DNA from: Anaerolineales bacterium
GTDB lineage: Bacteria > Chloroflexota > Anaerolineae > Anaerolineales > UBA4823
DNA length: 64,000 bases
Assembly (NCBI GenBank): GCA_027494035.1
Contig: JAOSJQ010000018.1
Coordinates: forward strand, 28,920 to 92,919
Direction: 5' to 3'
The translations under genes were made by a program, and so were the position numbers. Every line of letters begins with the position of its first letter. Within the stretch, counting starts at the first letter, position 1. This document shows, in pieces, positions 1 through 9,835 of the stretch. A model generated the notes under the pieces. It was not told where the DNA came from. It searched no databases and saw nothing but the letters and a program-made list of their open reading frames with translations.

Positions 1-858
1 CCGTGGGCGGAGCTGATCTTGCAGGGGCGGAAGACGCTTGAACTGCGGACCTGGCGCACGCACTACCGGGGACAAGTCCTGATCCATGCGGGCAACACCG
101 TCGAAATGGATGGTTGCCAGGCTTACGGCGTGAACCCCGACGAACTGGTGCGAGGGGCCATCGTAGGCACGGTAGACATCGTCGATATGGTCGATTTTGA
201 TCATGACAGTTTTGCGGCCATGCGCGATCAGCATCTCGATGCGGGCGATTGGCCGGGGGATGTGCTCGGGTGGCGGCTGGCAAACCCCCAGCGGCTCGCA
301 GCACCGATCCCCATGCGTGGGCGGCTGGGACTGTTTGAAGTCCCTGAAGATGTGCTCGAAGGCGCATCGGTGACGGAATATCTGACTCCACCGCAGCCAT
401 CAGGACCGCAGCCGGATGACTACAACCCAGAAACGCCGTTCGAACTGCACGTTGAGCCGCGCGACGAGCAAAGTTATGCGCTGGCACTCTATCAGTGGCC
501 GGTGAAGGTCAATGGAGTCCCCCCGGAAGCTAAGCGGATTGTGATCCTGGGAGGGGTGAACTTGCAGGCAGTGGCTGACCATGTACTGGAAGCGCTCCGG
601 CGCGGCGGCTACAAAGCGACCGACCTTTCGCCCAGACGGCAAGCCCCATTTCGCCTGGATGAAGAAACAGGCCTGCGCCTGGGACTCCTGTTCCTGACCA
701 TCGCCCCACTCTCCCGCCTGGACCGTATCGAAGCGATCTCGCGCGAACTGCGTGCGATGCCTTCCGAGGAAGCCTACTACTGGTACAGCAAATGTACTGA
801 CCCGTTTTACAGCAGCCGCGCACAGCAGGCGCTGCGAGTGTTACTAGCAGCGGAGTGA
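1..858 (+). CDS. 5'-partial ASCH (PUA-like) domain fused to a DUF3780-like C-terminal domain of a restriction-like defence system
   Basis: The frame is open from base 1 (PWAELILQGRKTLELR...LIHAG, typical ASCH N-terminus; GRLGLFEV end). The C-terminal half (GLRLGLLFL...EEAYYWYSKC...ALRVLLA) resembles the small accessory subunit found beside DUF1156 methylases. Confidence 0.7.
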   Translation, partial: PWAELILQGRKTLELRTWRTHYRGQVLIHAGNTVEMDGCQAYGVNPDELVRGAIVGTVDIVDMVDFDHDSFAAMRDQHLDAGDWPGDVLGWRLANPQRLAAPIPMRGRLGLFEVPEDVLEGASVTEYLTPPQPSGPQPDDYNPETPFELHVEPRDEQSYALALYQWPVKVNGVPPEAKRIVILGGVNLQAVADHVLEALRRGGYKATDLSPRRQAPFRLDEETGLRLGLLFLTIAPLSRLDRIEAISRELRAMPSEEAYYWYSKCTDPFYSSRAQQALRVLLAAE

Positions 859-859
859 A

Positions 860-1402
860 GTGATGTCCAAGAAACAGCGATGCATTGACTGCCATCACCT
901 TGCTTTCCTAGCTTATGTAGACGGTCACAATGCGGGGGATTCGGGGGATGGTCGCATAAGCGAATCGCGCCGAAAGGAACTTAAGAGGCACGAGTTCATT
1001 TCGAAGGATCTCAGACTTGCCGGAGTACAGCACATCGCGCTTGCGTTCCGGTGTGGTGACAACCGTTGGGGGCCTCGGACAGAACTCTACGTCAATTTCT
1101 GGGCTTCAAAGGAAAAAACGGACGTCTACGAGATGTCAGATGCCAGAGAACAGCAATTGTTCGATGAAATGGTGCTCAAGACAGATCACAGTGATTGGGG
1201 ATGTTTTATCAAAGCAGAACCAGGGAGACCCCCAGATAAGGTCATCCAAGAAGCACATTCAAGAGCCGAGCGTGCGCAAACACACGAGAGTCTGAAGCTT
1301 CAGAAGAAATCGAACAAGATCGGCTTCTGGGGGCTAATTGTCGCCTTCTTAGCACTGCTGGTAACTGCGATAGGTGTCGCTTATCAACTTGGAGTTCTGT
1401 AA
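860..1402 (+). CDS. hypothetical protein with a C-terminal transmembrane helix
   Basis: 180-aa ORF packed between operon genes, ending in a hydrophobic FWGLIVAFLALLVTAIGVAYQLGVL tail. Confidence 0.6.
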   Translation: MMSKKQRCIDCHHLAFLAYVDGHNAGDSGDGRISESRRKELKRHEFISKDLRLAGVQHIALAFRCGDNRWGPRTELYVNFWASKEKTDVYEMSDAREQQLFDEMVLKTDHSDWGCFIKAEPGRPPDKVIQEAHSRAERAQTHESLKLQKKSNKIGFWGLIVAFLALLVTAIGVAYQLGVL

Positions 1403-1450
1403 AGGTGATGGTGTTACCGCCTCTATTCCTTTGGTGAGAAAGATGAGACT

Positions 1451-4384
1451 ATGACCACTGATACCCGCCCCGCCGTCCTGATTGAAGACTGGCTGCCGTT
1501 CGAAGCCATTGGCGCAGAGAGCCTACGCGACGCAAGCGCCGCCCAAAAACCACCACTGAATCGCCTGCATGTCTGGTGGGCGCGTCGCCCTCTGACTGTC
1601 AGTCGGGCAGCAATCCTGGCAGGCGTACTGCCGCAATGGTCTCCGAATTGGCCAGACCAATTACACAAGCGTTTCCCTGATGAAAAGACGTACCGGGACT
1701 GGTTTGTGCATCTGCTCGGCATAACGGGCGATCCGGTTAAGGGCAAAAACGCGCTTCGTTGGGCCAGAGAGCACAGTGTATCAATTCCCAATCCTTACGA
1801 AGGACCGCGCGCGTTTACTGTCAACCCGGCCCCCGAAGACCTGACGCTGATGCGCGACCTATTGGAAATGACCTGGGGCGAGCGTGATCTGTCTGTTATG
1901 GATGTAACGGCTGGCGGCGGATCAATCCCATTTGAGGCATTGCGTTATGGGTTTACCACATACGCCAACGAGCTAAATCCGGTGGCGTCGGTCATCCTCA
2001 GGGCAACGCTCGATTATCCGGCCAGATTTGGTGTTGGATTAGCGGATGACATCCGCGACTGGGGCAAACGCTGGTACAAGCTAGTCAAGGAACGGCTGCA
2101 AACATATTTTACCCCATTGCCGCCGGGCGCAGAGGGGGCCGCTTACCTCTGGGCGCGGACGGTAGCCTGCCCCACGACAGGCAAACCCGTGCCGCTCTCG
2201 CCAAACTGGTGGTTGAGCCGGGGCGATGGTCTTATTGCAGTGCAGGTGATGACCCATCCTGCCTGGGATATGCCGCAGTTTGTCATCAAACGCGGTGATG
2301 CGATTGACTTCGACCCGGACGCGGGCACGGTCAAGCGCGGGGTGGGGGTGTCGCCGTGGACGGGGGAGGCGATCCCCGGCGACTATATCAAGCGTGAAGC
2401 GCAGGAAGGGCGCATGGGTCAGATGCTTTATGCGGTGGCGGTCAAGCGCCCCGGCGGGTTTGACTTCCGCGCGCCGACCGCCGCCGACCTGGACGCCGTG
2501 CGCTGCGCCGAGGTCGCGCTGGCCGAGCGCCTGCCGACGTGGGAAGCTGAAGGGTTGATCCCGGACGAGAGGCGCTATATCGGTCCGGCGGATCGCTCGC
2601 TCAACTACGGAATAGTCTTCATGGGGGATATGTTCTCCCCACGCCAACTGCTGGCAATGCTGACGTTTTTGGAGACGCTGCATGACGTTGGGCGTGAACT
2701 GCGCGCGACAATGGACGCGGATCGGGCGGCGGCAGTGGAGACTTATCTGGGGATCATGCTGGACAAGTGCCCGAATTACAGTTCGCTGCTCGCCAGTTGG
2801 AACGCCCCACGTGCTGTGATGCGCAGTGTATTTGACCGTCACGATTTCAGCTTCAAATGGACTTTTGGCGAGTTTGACGCAGCGGCTAACCTTCTGCCGT
2901 GGGGCGTTGAACAAGTGGTAGATGCCTATAAAGGTATGGCGGAACTCGCAAGCCCGTCGCAGTATCCCTTGTGGCAAGCGGAGAGTGTGACACCTGTTGA
3001 ACGGTTGACAGTATGGCAAGAGTCAGCAACTGATCTAGCTCAAGTCCGCACCAGTAGTCTACACAACATCACCTTCGACCCACCCTACTACGATAATGTG
3101 ATGTACGCTGAGCTATCAGACTTCTTTTACGTGTGGCTCAAGCGCTCGGTCGGGCACCTCTTCCCGGAGTTCTTCCAGGATCACCTGAGCAACAAAGACG
3201 ATGAAGCCGTCGCCAATGTTGCCCGTTTTGAGGGCATGGGCCGCAATAAGCGCAAGCTGGCGGAGCAGGACTACCAGCGCAAAATGGAGGCCATCTTCCG
3301 CGAGTGTCACCGGGTGCTACGCGACGATGGCGTGCTGACCATCATGTTCACGCACAAGAAAGTCGAGGCGTGGGATACGCTCGCCAGCGCTCTGATCAAC
3401 GCGGGTTTCTCGGTCCAGGCGTCGTGGCCCGTCCACACCGAGAGCGAGCACTCGCTGCACCAGGCCAAGAAAAACGCCGCTGCCAGTACCATCCTATTGG
3501 CCTGCCGCAAGCGCGACTCCTCCGGCGAGCCGGTGTGGTGGGATGACATCCGTGGGCAGGTGCAGCGCGTTGCCCGCGAAAAGGCTGCCGAGTTCGCGCA
3601 GCAGGGCGTCGGTGGCGTGGACCTGTACATCAGCACGTTCGGCCCGGCGCTGTCGGTCATCTCGGCACACTGGCCGGTGCTCACCAGCGAAATTGATGAG
3701 CGCACCGGTGATCCGCGCCCACTCCGCCCCGAAACCGCGCTCGACCTGGCACGCGAGGAAGTGATCAAACTGCGCAAGCAGGGTTTGCTGCTGGGTCGTG
3801 ATATTGACTTCGACCCGTTCACCGACTGGTATTTGATGGCCTGGGATGCGTTCAAAGCAGTCGAATTCCCCTATGACGAAGCGCGCAAGCTGGCGATTGC
3901 GTTGGGCGTGGATTTGGATGGCGATATTCGCGGACATAAGAACCTCGTCGCCAAGAAGAGCAGCTATGTCGTGCTGCAGGCTCCCAAGCTGCGCCGTAAA
4001 CGCGGCATGGTCGATCCTGATCTCGTCATATTCGACAGTATGATCGATGCGGTCCACACCGCCCTGCTGGTCCTGCAAGAGGATGGGACACATGCCTGCG
4101 AGTCATTCCTGAAGCGTTCCGGTTTGGCGAACGACGGTCAGTTCCGGCAATGCATCCAGGCGCTGCTCAACGCTATCCCGCGTACGAAGGTGAAGGGGAA
4201 ATGGGTGCGCGTCGAGGCGGAGTTGCTCGAACGCCTGCGCCAGAACTTCTTCACCGATCTCGAAGTCCCAGCCGAAGAAACACCGCCCGAACTCCCGCAG
4301 CAGTTGGGCCTGTTCGACCAACCCTACGAAGGGGATGAAGAAGACTACGACGAAGAATCCGAGGACGAGGAAGAAGACGCATGA
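1451..4384 (+). CDS. DUF1156-family adenine DNA methyltransferase
   Basis: N-terminal LHVWWARRPL, SAM motif DVTAGGGSIPFEA, catalytic DPPYY. Confidence 0.9.
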   Translation: MTTDTRPAVLIEDWLPFEAIGAESLRDASAAQKPPLNRLHVWWARRPLTVSRAAILAGVLPQWSPNWPDQLHKRFPDEKTYRDWFVHLLGITGDPVKGKNALRWAREHSVSIPNPYEGPRAFTVNPAPEDLTLMRDLLEMTWGERDLSVMDVTAGGGSIPFEALRYGFTTYANELNPVASVILRATLDYPARFGVGLADDIRDWGKRWYKLVKERLQTYFTPLPPGAEGAAYLWARTVACPTTGKPVPLSPNWWLSRGDGLIAVQVMTHPAWDMPQFVIKRGDAIDFDPDAGTVKRGVGVSPWTGEAIPGDYIKREAQEGRMGQMLYAVAVKRPGGFDFRAPTAADLDAVRCAEVALAERLPTWEAEGLIPDERRYIGPADRSLNYGIVFMGDMFSPRQLLAMLTFLETLHDVGRELRATMDADRAAAVETYLGIMLDKCPNYSSLLASWNAPRAVMRSVFDRHDFSFKWTFGEFDAAANLLPWGVEQVVDAYKGMAELASPSQYPLWQAESVTPVERLTVWQESATDLAQVRTSSLHNITFDPPYYDNVMYAELSDFFYVWLKRSVGHLFPEFFQDHLSNKDDEAVANVARFEGMGRNKRKLAEQDYQRKMEAIFRECHRVLRDDGVLTIMFTHKKVEAWDTLASALINAGFSVQASWPVHTESEHSLHQAKKNAAASTILLACRKRDSSGEPVWWDDIRGQVQRVAREKAAEFAQQGVGGVDLYISTFGPALSVISAHWPVLTSEIDERTGDPRPLRPETALDLAREEVIKLRKQGLLLGRDIDFDPFTDWYLMAWDAFKAVEFPYDEARKLAIALGVDLDGDIRGHKNLVAKKSSYVVLQAPKLRRKRGMVDPDLVIFDSMIDAVHTALLVLQEDGTHACESFLKRSGLANDGQFRQCIQALLNAIPRTKVKGKWVRVEAELLERLRQNFFTDLEVPAEETPPELPQQLGLFDQPYEGDEEDYDEESEDEEEDA

Positions 4385-7300
4385 CCTCGTTGCGTGAAGC
4401 TGAGTGGCAAATCTCCTACGGTCCCTCGGATGACCGGCTGAACAGCTTCTATATTCCCGCGCTGCAACGCTGTGTGAAATATGACCGCAGCACGGGCTTT
4501 TTCAGCAGTTCGTCGCTGGCCGTGGCGGGTGCTGGTGTAGCGGGTCTGGTCGCCAACGGCGGTACGATGCGTCTGCTGGCCGGAGCGCAGGCTCAGCCGT
4601 GAGGACGTGGAGGCTATCGCGCGTGGTGCATCACTGGAAGGGATTGTCACCGAGAAACTGCTGGCCGCGCTAGATCAGCCGGTCGAGGATTTGCTGCGCC
4701 GCCGGTTGGAAATCCTGGCATGGATGGTGGCACATGGCACCTTGCAGATCAAAGTTGTCCTGCCGCGCGATGCCAATGGCCTGCCTATCCCGGCGGAATT
4801 AGCCCAGGATTATTACCATCCAAAAGAGGGGCTATTCACCGATGCTGAGGGCAACCAGCTGGCCTTCAGCGGCAGCATCAACGAATCGATGACCGGCTGG
4901 CAGCGCAACTACGAGCAGTTCAGCGTCTATTTTTCATGGGATACCAGCCGCCCCTATCTGAGGCAGGTTGCGATTCGCTTCGACCGCGTTTGGGAGGGCC
5001 GTGAGCCGGATTGGATCGCCTTCGATATTCCCCAGGCCGCACGAGATGCGCTGTTGCGATTGGTCCCCGCCAGTGCGCCGGAACACGATCCGCTCGCTCC
5101 GGCAGTCATCAGCGTTGGTCCATCGCCTGATGTAGAAGCAAAACTCCGCCGCGAGCGCCTGATCTTCCAGTTCATCCGGGATATTCCCTACTTCCCCAAT
5201 GCGCAGCAGCTTGGCGCAGCGACGTGCGCGATCGCGCCCTGGCCGCACCAGATGCGCGTCGCGCAGAAAATCATCGACACCTATCCCAAGCGTTACATGC
5301 TGTGCGATGAGGTCGGATTGGGCAAAACCATCGAAGCGGGGTTGGTGCTGCGGCAGTTGGTTATTTCCGGTCGTGTGAAGCGCTGCCTGCTGCTCGTGCC
5401 TAAGTCTGTCGCGCGGCAGTGGCAGGAAGAACTCTACGAGAAATTCGTACTCGATGTGCCGTTGTACGAAGGCGGACGTTTTCGGAACTATGCGGGCGAA
5501 GAGCTAGGGTGGCCGAACGATACGGATAACCCCTGGGATGCGTTTGATATGTTCATCGCGTCCAGCCAGCTTGCCAAGCGCCGTGACCGGTACGAACAAG
5601 TCACCTCCGCGCGTCCCTGGGACCTGGTAATGGTGGACGAAGCACATCATGCTCGCCGCCGAGACTTCTTGCAGCCCATCTACCGCCCAAACCGTCTACT
5701 CGATCTACTGACCGCCCCGAACTTCCAAGCCAAAGCCATTCTCTTGATGACTGCGACGCCCATGCAGGTTCATCCGCTTGAGGTATGGGATTTGCTCAAA
5801 GTGCTGGGCCTGGGTGGCAAGTGGGGAGCGGATGAAGGCAACTTCCTGCACTTCTACCTGGAACTGATGAAGCCCTTCGAAGAGGTCGATTGGGATTTCG
5901 TCTTTGAGATGGTGAAAGACTATCTGGAATACGGCGGGCAAATCGATCCCGAATTTGCGGAACAGGCGCGCAATGCTTTGGGGTTTGTTGATTGGAACTC
6001 GTTGCAGCAGTTGCCACATGATCCCCATCCCTCGCGTGCCATGAGACCGCTGCCGGAAAACGTAAGACCTTTTGTGGTCGAGATGGCGCGTCGGCATACT
6101 CCCTTGCGTGATGTCATGTTTCGGAATACACGTGATCTTCTGCGGGAGTATGTGCGGCGCGGGCTGCTCAATGAGAAAGTTCCCACCCGCGATCCGCAAC
6201 TTATCTGGATACCCATGCGCTCTGAAGAGATGCAGCTCTATCTCCGCATCGAGGAGTACATCTCGGACTTCTACCGAAAGTACGAAAACGAACGTAAGGG
6301 TCTGGGTTTTGTGATGACCGTCTACCGTCGCCGCCTTACTAGCAGCTTCTATGCGGTCCTGCAAAGTTTGGAGCGGCGGCTGGAATTCCTGGAAGGACGA
6401 GCCGAGCAGGTATTTGACGACGACGATCTTGAGCAGGCCGATCTCGAACAAGATGTCACCGAAATTCTGGACGACGATCAACGGTCATTGTACCAGGAAG
6501 AAATCGACTACGTTGAGTCGTTCATCAGCGATCTTCAGCATCTCTCGATGCACGACTCAAAAACTGAGCAGCTTATCCAGGACCTCAGCACGATCTTCCG
6601 GCAGCGTGAAACCGCGATTGTCTTCACCCAATACACCGACACAATGGATTATCTGAGGGATAAACTCCTTCAGGTCTATGGCAGCCAGGTGGCCTGTTAT
6701 AGCGGTCGTGGTGGAGAAATCTGGAATGGGATCGCCTGGGTTGGCGTGACTAAGGAAGACATCAAACAAACTTTCCGAGTGGGGGAAGATGTCAAAATCC
6801 TGGTTTGTACTGAGGCCGCCAGTGAAGGTCTGAACCTGCAAACCTGTGGCGTGTTGATCAATTACGACATGCCCTGGAATCCGATGCGGGTTGAACAGCG
6901 AATTGGTCGTATCGACCGTATAGGCCAGGTGCACGATGAAGTCTGGATTCGGAACTACTTCTACGAAGAGACGGTTGAAGCACGTGTTTACCAGGCGCTC
7001 GCGCACCGCATCAACTGGTTTGAAGGGGTCGTGGGCGATCTTCAACCGATCCTGGCTCGTGTTGGGAGAGCCATCGAACGAGTGGTTATGGCTGCGCCCG
7101 ATGAACGCGAACAGGTGCTATCAGGAGAGCTTGACGAAATTGAACGCGGGCTGGATAAAAAAGATAGCGACATATTGAATGTCTACGAGGGCAGTGAGAG
7201 CGTTCATCCCTGGGCTGGACTGGCTGCTCCGATCACGCTTCCCGAACTTGAACGCTGCTTCTTGGAATCTGACCTCTTTGAGCGCCAGATCGTCCCGAAT

Positions 7301-8098
7301 CCAGGCATTGAAACGACCTATCTGGCAACGACATCTCAGGGACAAGTGGTGATCACGTTCAACCCCGAGACTTTTGATCGTTTCCCGAACTCGCTCCGAT
7401 TTCTCTCGTATGGCGACCAAGTTCTGGACGAACTGCTCAGCCGAGTGCCGCCCCCTGAACATGATGAGGACCGAGGAATCGTCTGTTTCTCCTCATCTGA
7501 TTCTGTTCCATTGAAAGCTTACTACGGGTTAAATCAGCAGAATCAACCAATCCGGCTTCAGACATTGCAGGACCTATTGCATGTCATTGGAGATGCCTCT
7601 GAAGACATGGCCTGGACCGACGCTGCTTTCCAGTGGGCCAAACAGGATTTTGAACAACATTTGGACAGCGCTCGCGAGGAATATGATTCCATTACCAGCC
7701 TGCGATTTCAAGCCACGCACTCAGCACTGGTGGAAAAGGCGGTCCGAATTGTGTATTGGGCCACTCTACTGGAATCGATCCAGAGCGGGCACTTTGGCAG
7801 TGTGGAGGATGCGTGGCGTGCTGTTACGACGAATGAACAGACGACCCAAAGTCTGTTGCGCCACGGTTATCCCTTTACGGCTCTATTGAGACTGACCGCG
7901 TCTAGAATAGGTGGCTCAAACATACCCCACCCTCTACCTAGTGATCTAGCCAACGCAAATCCCGAACAACTCCGACGGATGTTCCTTGGCCTGAAACAAG
8001 AGGGACAAATGCTACTGGAGCGGCTGGGTAGGACACAAGAGCAGCGGGAAATCCAGATACACATTCTGAACATCCAGGCCTCTTCTTTCAGAGTCTGA
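4381..8098 (+). pseudogene. PLD-nuclease/SNF2 helicase fusion with one +1 frameshift at about 4590-4591 (possibly a sequencing error)
   Basis: ORF 4381-4602 (YDRSTGFFSSSSL) joins ORF 4607-8098 if one G is removed from GCGCAGGCTCAGC, giving ...GAQLSREDVEAIARG. Motifs: PLD-like HPKEG...SGSINES, DEVGLGKT, DEAHH, SEGLNLQ, QRIGRIDRIGQ. Confidence 0.85.
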
Positions 8099-8160
8099 TA
8101 TGTCTCGAACAATATTTCTGGACTGTCTCGAAATATCGCTTCTGTGAGGCAAAGAAAACA

Positions 8161-8376
8161 GTGTTGAAGCTGACCATTTCTTGGCAAGCTCCGAATACCG
8201 ATACCTGGGAACTAGACTATCCTTGTCCAATCTGTCGACTGGAAACAACGGTCACGCTGGGGCAATTACGGCAGGAGGAATACATTATCTGTCGTGGTTG
8301 CCACAGCACTATCAAGCTGATTGATCAGCTGGGTGGTGTGCAACATCTCTGGGATACCATGCGCACTGTTCTTTGA
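8161..8376 (+). CDS. small Zn-ribbon protein
   Basis: 71 aa with CPIC...CRGC. Confidence 0.55.
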   Translation: MLKLTISWQAPNTDTWELDYPCPICRLETTVTLGQLRQEEYIICRGCHSTIKLIDQLGGVQHLWDTMRTVL

Positions 8377-8388
8377 TAGGAGCGCCAC

Positions 8389-9447
8389 ATGGATCAACAG
8401 CAAGTACAGCGTACTCGTTATCAGTTACAGACGCGGTTCCGCCGAGTCAGAAATGCACCGTGGGGGAATTTCGAGCTTGTTGCTCTGCAGGTGCTAGATT
8501 GGCTTGAGCGCCATCCAATTCTGGCCGGTATTGTCAAACACCTAGACAATCTGCCAGGCGATCATCATGCAGAGGTAGAGTGTATGATTACTTCAGGTGT
8601 TGTCGCAAGCAGATATTTTGTTCTTTTGAGGAAACGTGATCATAAACAAGAGAGTGAGCCGGAGTTCAAAGGTTATACCCCCAGGACCCTCGAGGAACAT
8701 GCCTCGGCCTGTCTTGAGATATTGCGGGCGACCATCCGGAAGCCTGACCGTGGATTCTATGAGGTACTTGCGACCTATTTGACTCAGGAAGAATATAGCC
8801 CCCGCACCGACAAAGATCCTCTAGACGCGATTAAGGAAATTGCAGTCCGAGACTTATACGAATACCTTGATGAACAACTGGATGCCGTGAATGCAGTCAA
8901 TGGACTTCTGGGAAAATACAAACAGGGTGTTGAATGGTTTCAGCAAGGACAGATCCGAAAGATAGTTCAAGAGGGATATGACGGGGCTAAGGGCGAGCGA
9001 GCATTGGCGCGGCATCTACAGCAGTATGTGTTTGATCAAGGTGTTGACTTCACGGTTGAGCCAACATCTGCAAGTGGAGCCGTCGACATATTGCTTCGGG
9101 ATCCTAACGGTCAATATGTTATTATCGACGCAAAGTATTTGAAGCCAGGTGCGCCGTCTTCAGAAATTACGCGCAAGATCGCCGGTGGATTCAATCAAGT
9201 AGCACGCTATTGCGAGGACTATGATCAGCATGACGGCTTCCTAGCTGTCTTCGTAGACGATGATCTATCACTTCTGATTGACTCGGCTGAGAGCGATAGT
9301 TTCAGATATTTCAGAATAGGCGGGAGTATCATCTACTTTATTGAGGTAAATGTAGCAAAACGTCCATCCGCCAGTAAATCCGGCAAAGCGCGACAGATAC
9401 ACATAACTGAAGCTGATCTGATGCACGAAATTGAAGTGTACAATTGA
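8389..9447 (+). CDS. hypothetical protein with a probable C-terminal PD-(D/E)XK nuclease domain
   Basis: RBS AGGAG upstream; motif GAVDILL...IIDAKY...GGFNQVARY. Confidence 0.65.
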   Translation: MDQQQVQRTRYQLQTRFRRVRNAPWGNFELVALQVLDWLERHPILAGIVKHLDNLPGDHHAEVECMITSGVVASRYFVLLRKRDHKQESEPEFKGYTPRTLEEHASACLEILRATIRKPDRGFYEVLATYLTQEEYSPRTDKDPLDAIKEIAVRDLYEYLDEQLDAVNAVNGLLGKYKQGVEWFQQGQIRKIVQEGYDGAKGERALARHLQQYVFDQGVDFTVEPTSASGAVDILLRDPNGQYVIIDAKYLKPGAPSSEITRKIAGGFNQVARYCEDYDQHDGFLAVFVDDDLSLLIDSAESDSFRYFRIGGSIIYFIEVNVAKRPSASKSGKARQIHITEADLMHEIEVYN

Positions 9448-9619
9448 AGAGATCCAGACGGGAGACAATGAATAACCTGGTCGCTCGCGACTGGTCGTTC
9501 CCGAACAGGCAGGACTTTGAAGCGCCGTCCAGGTAACGCTGCCGAAATATCTACCAATGAAAGGAGCGTCCCCCAAGTCCGCTCCTCTATATGCGTTCAG
9601 ACCTTCTATCATTCGCGGG

Positions 9620-9835
9620 CTACTTCCGCTTTCCCCGCACAATCTGATGCACCCGCTGCTCTGAGATGCCGAACAGCCGCGCCAACTCCGGCACGCTCAT
9701 CCCCGCCGCATATCGGGCGCGAATCTCTACATTGCGTTCACGTTTGAGGCTTGACACGGGAGCCTGAGGAAGCGAAAAGCCACGATATAGCTGCTGCAAA
9801 ACGCGGCTCGTGGCTTGCTCAAGGGTGTATAAGGT
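9620..9835 (-). pseudogene. orphan C-terminal HTH tail of a second (element B) serine integrase
   Basis: Directly follows the left att core on the minus strand. RNVEIRARYAAGMSVPELARLFGISEQRVHQIVRGKRK is clearly homologous to the tail at 43638-43894. Confidence 0.7.
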
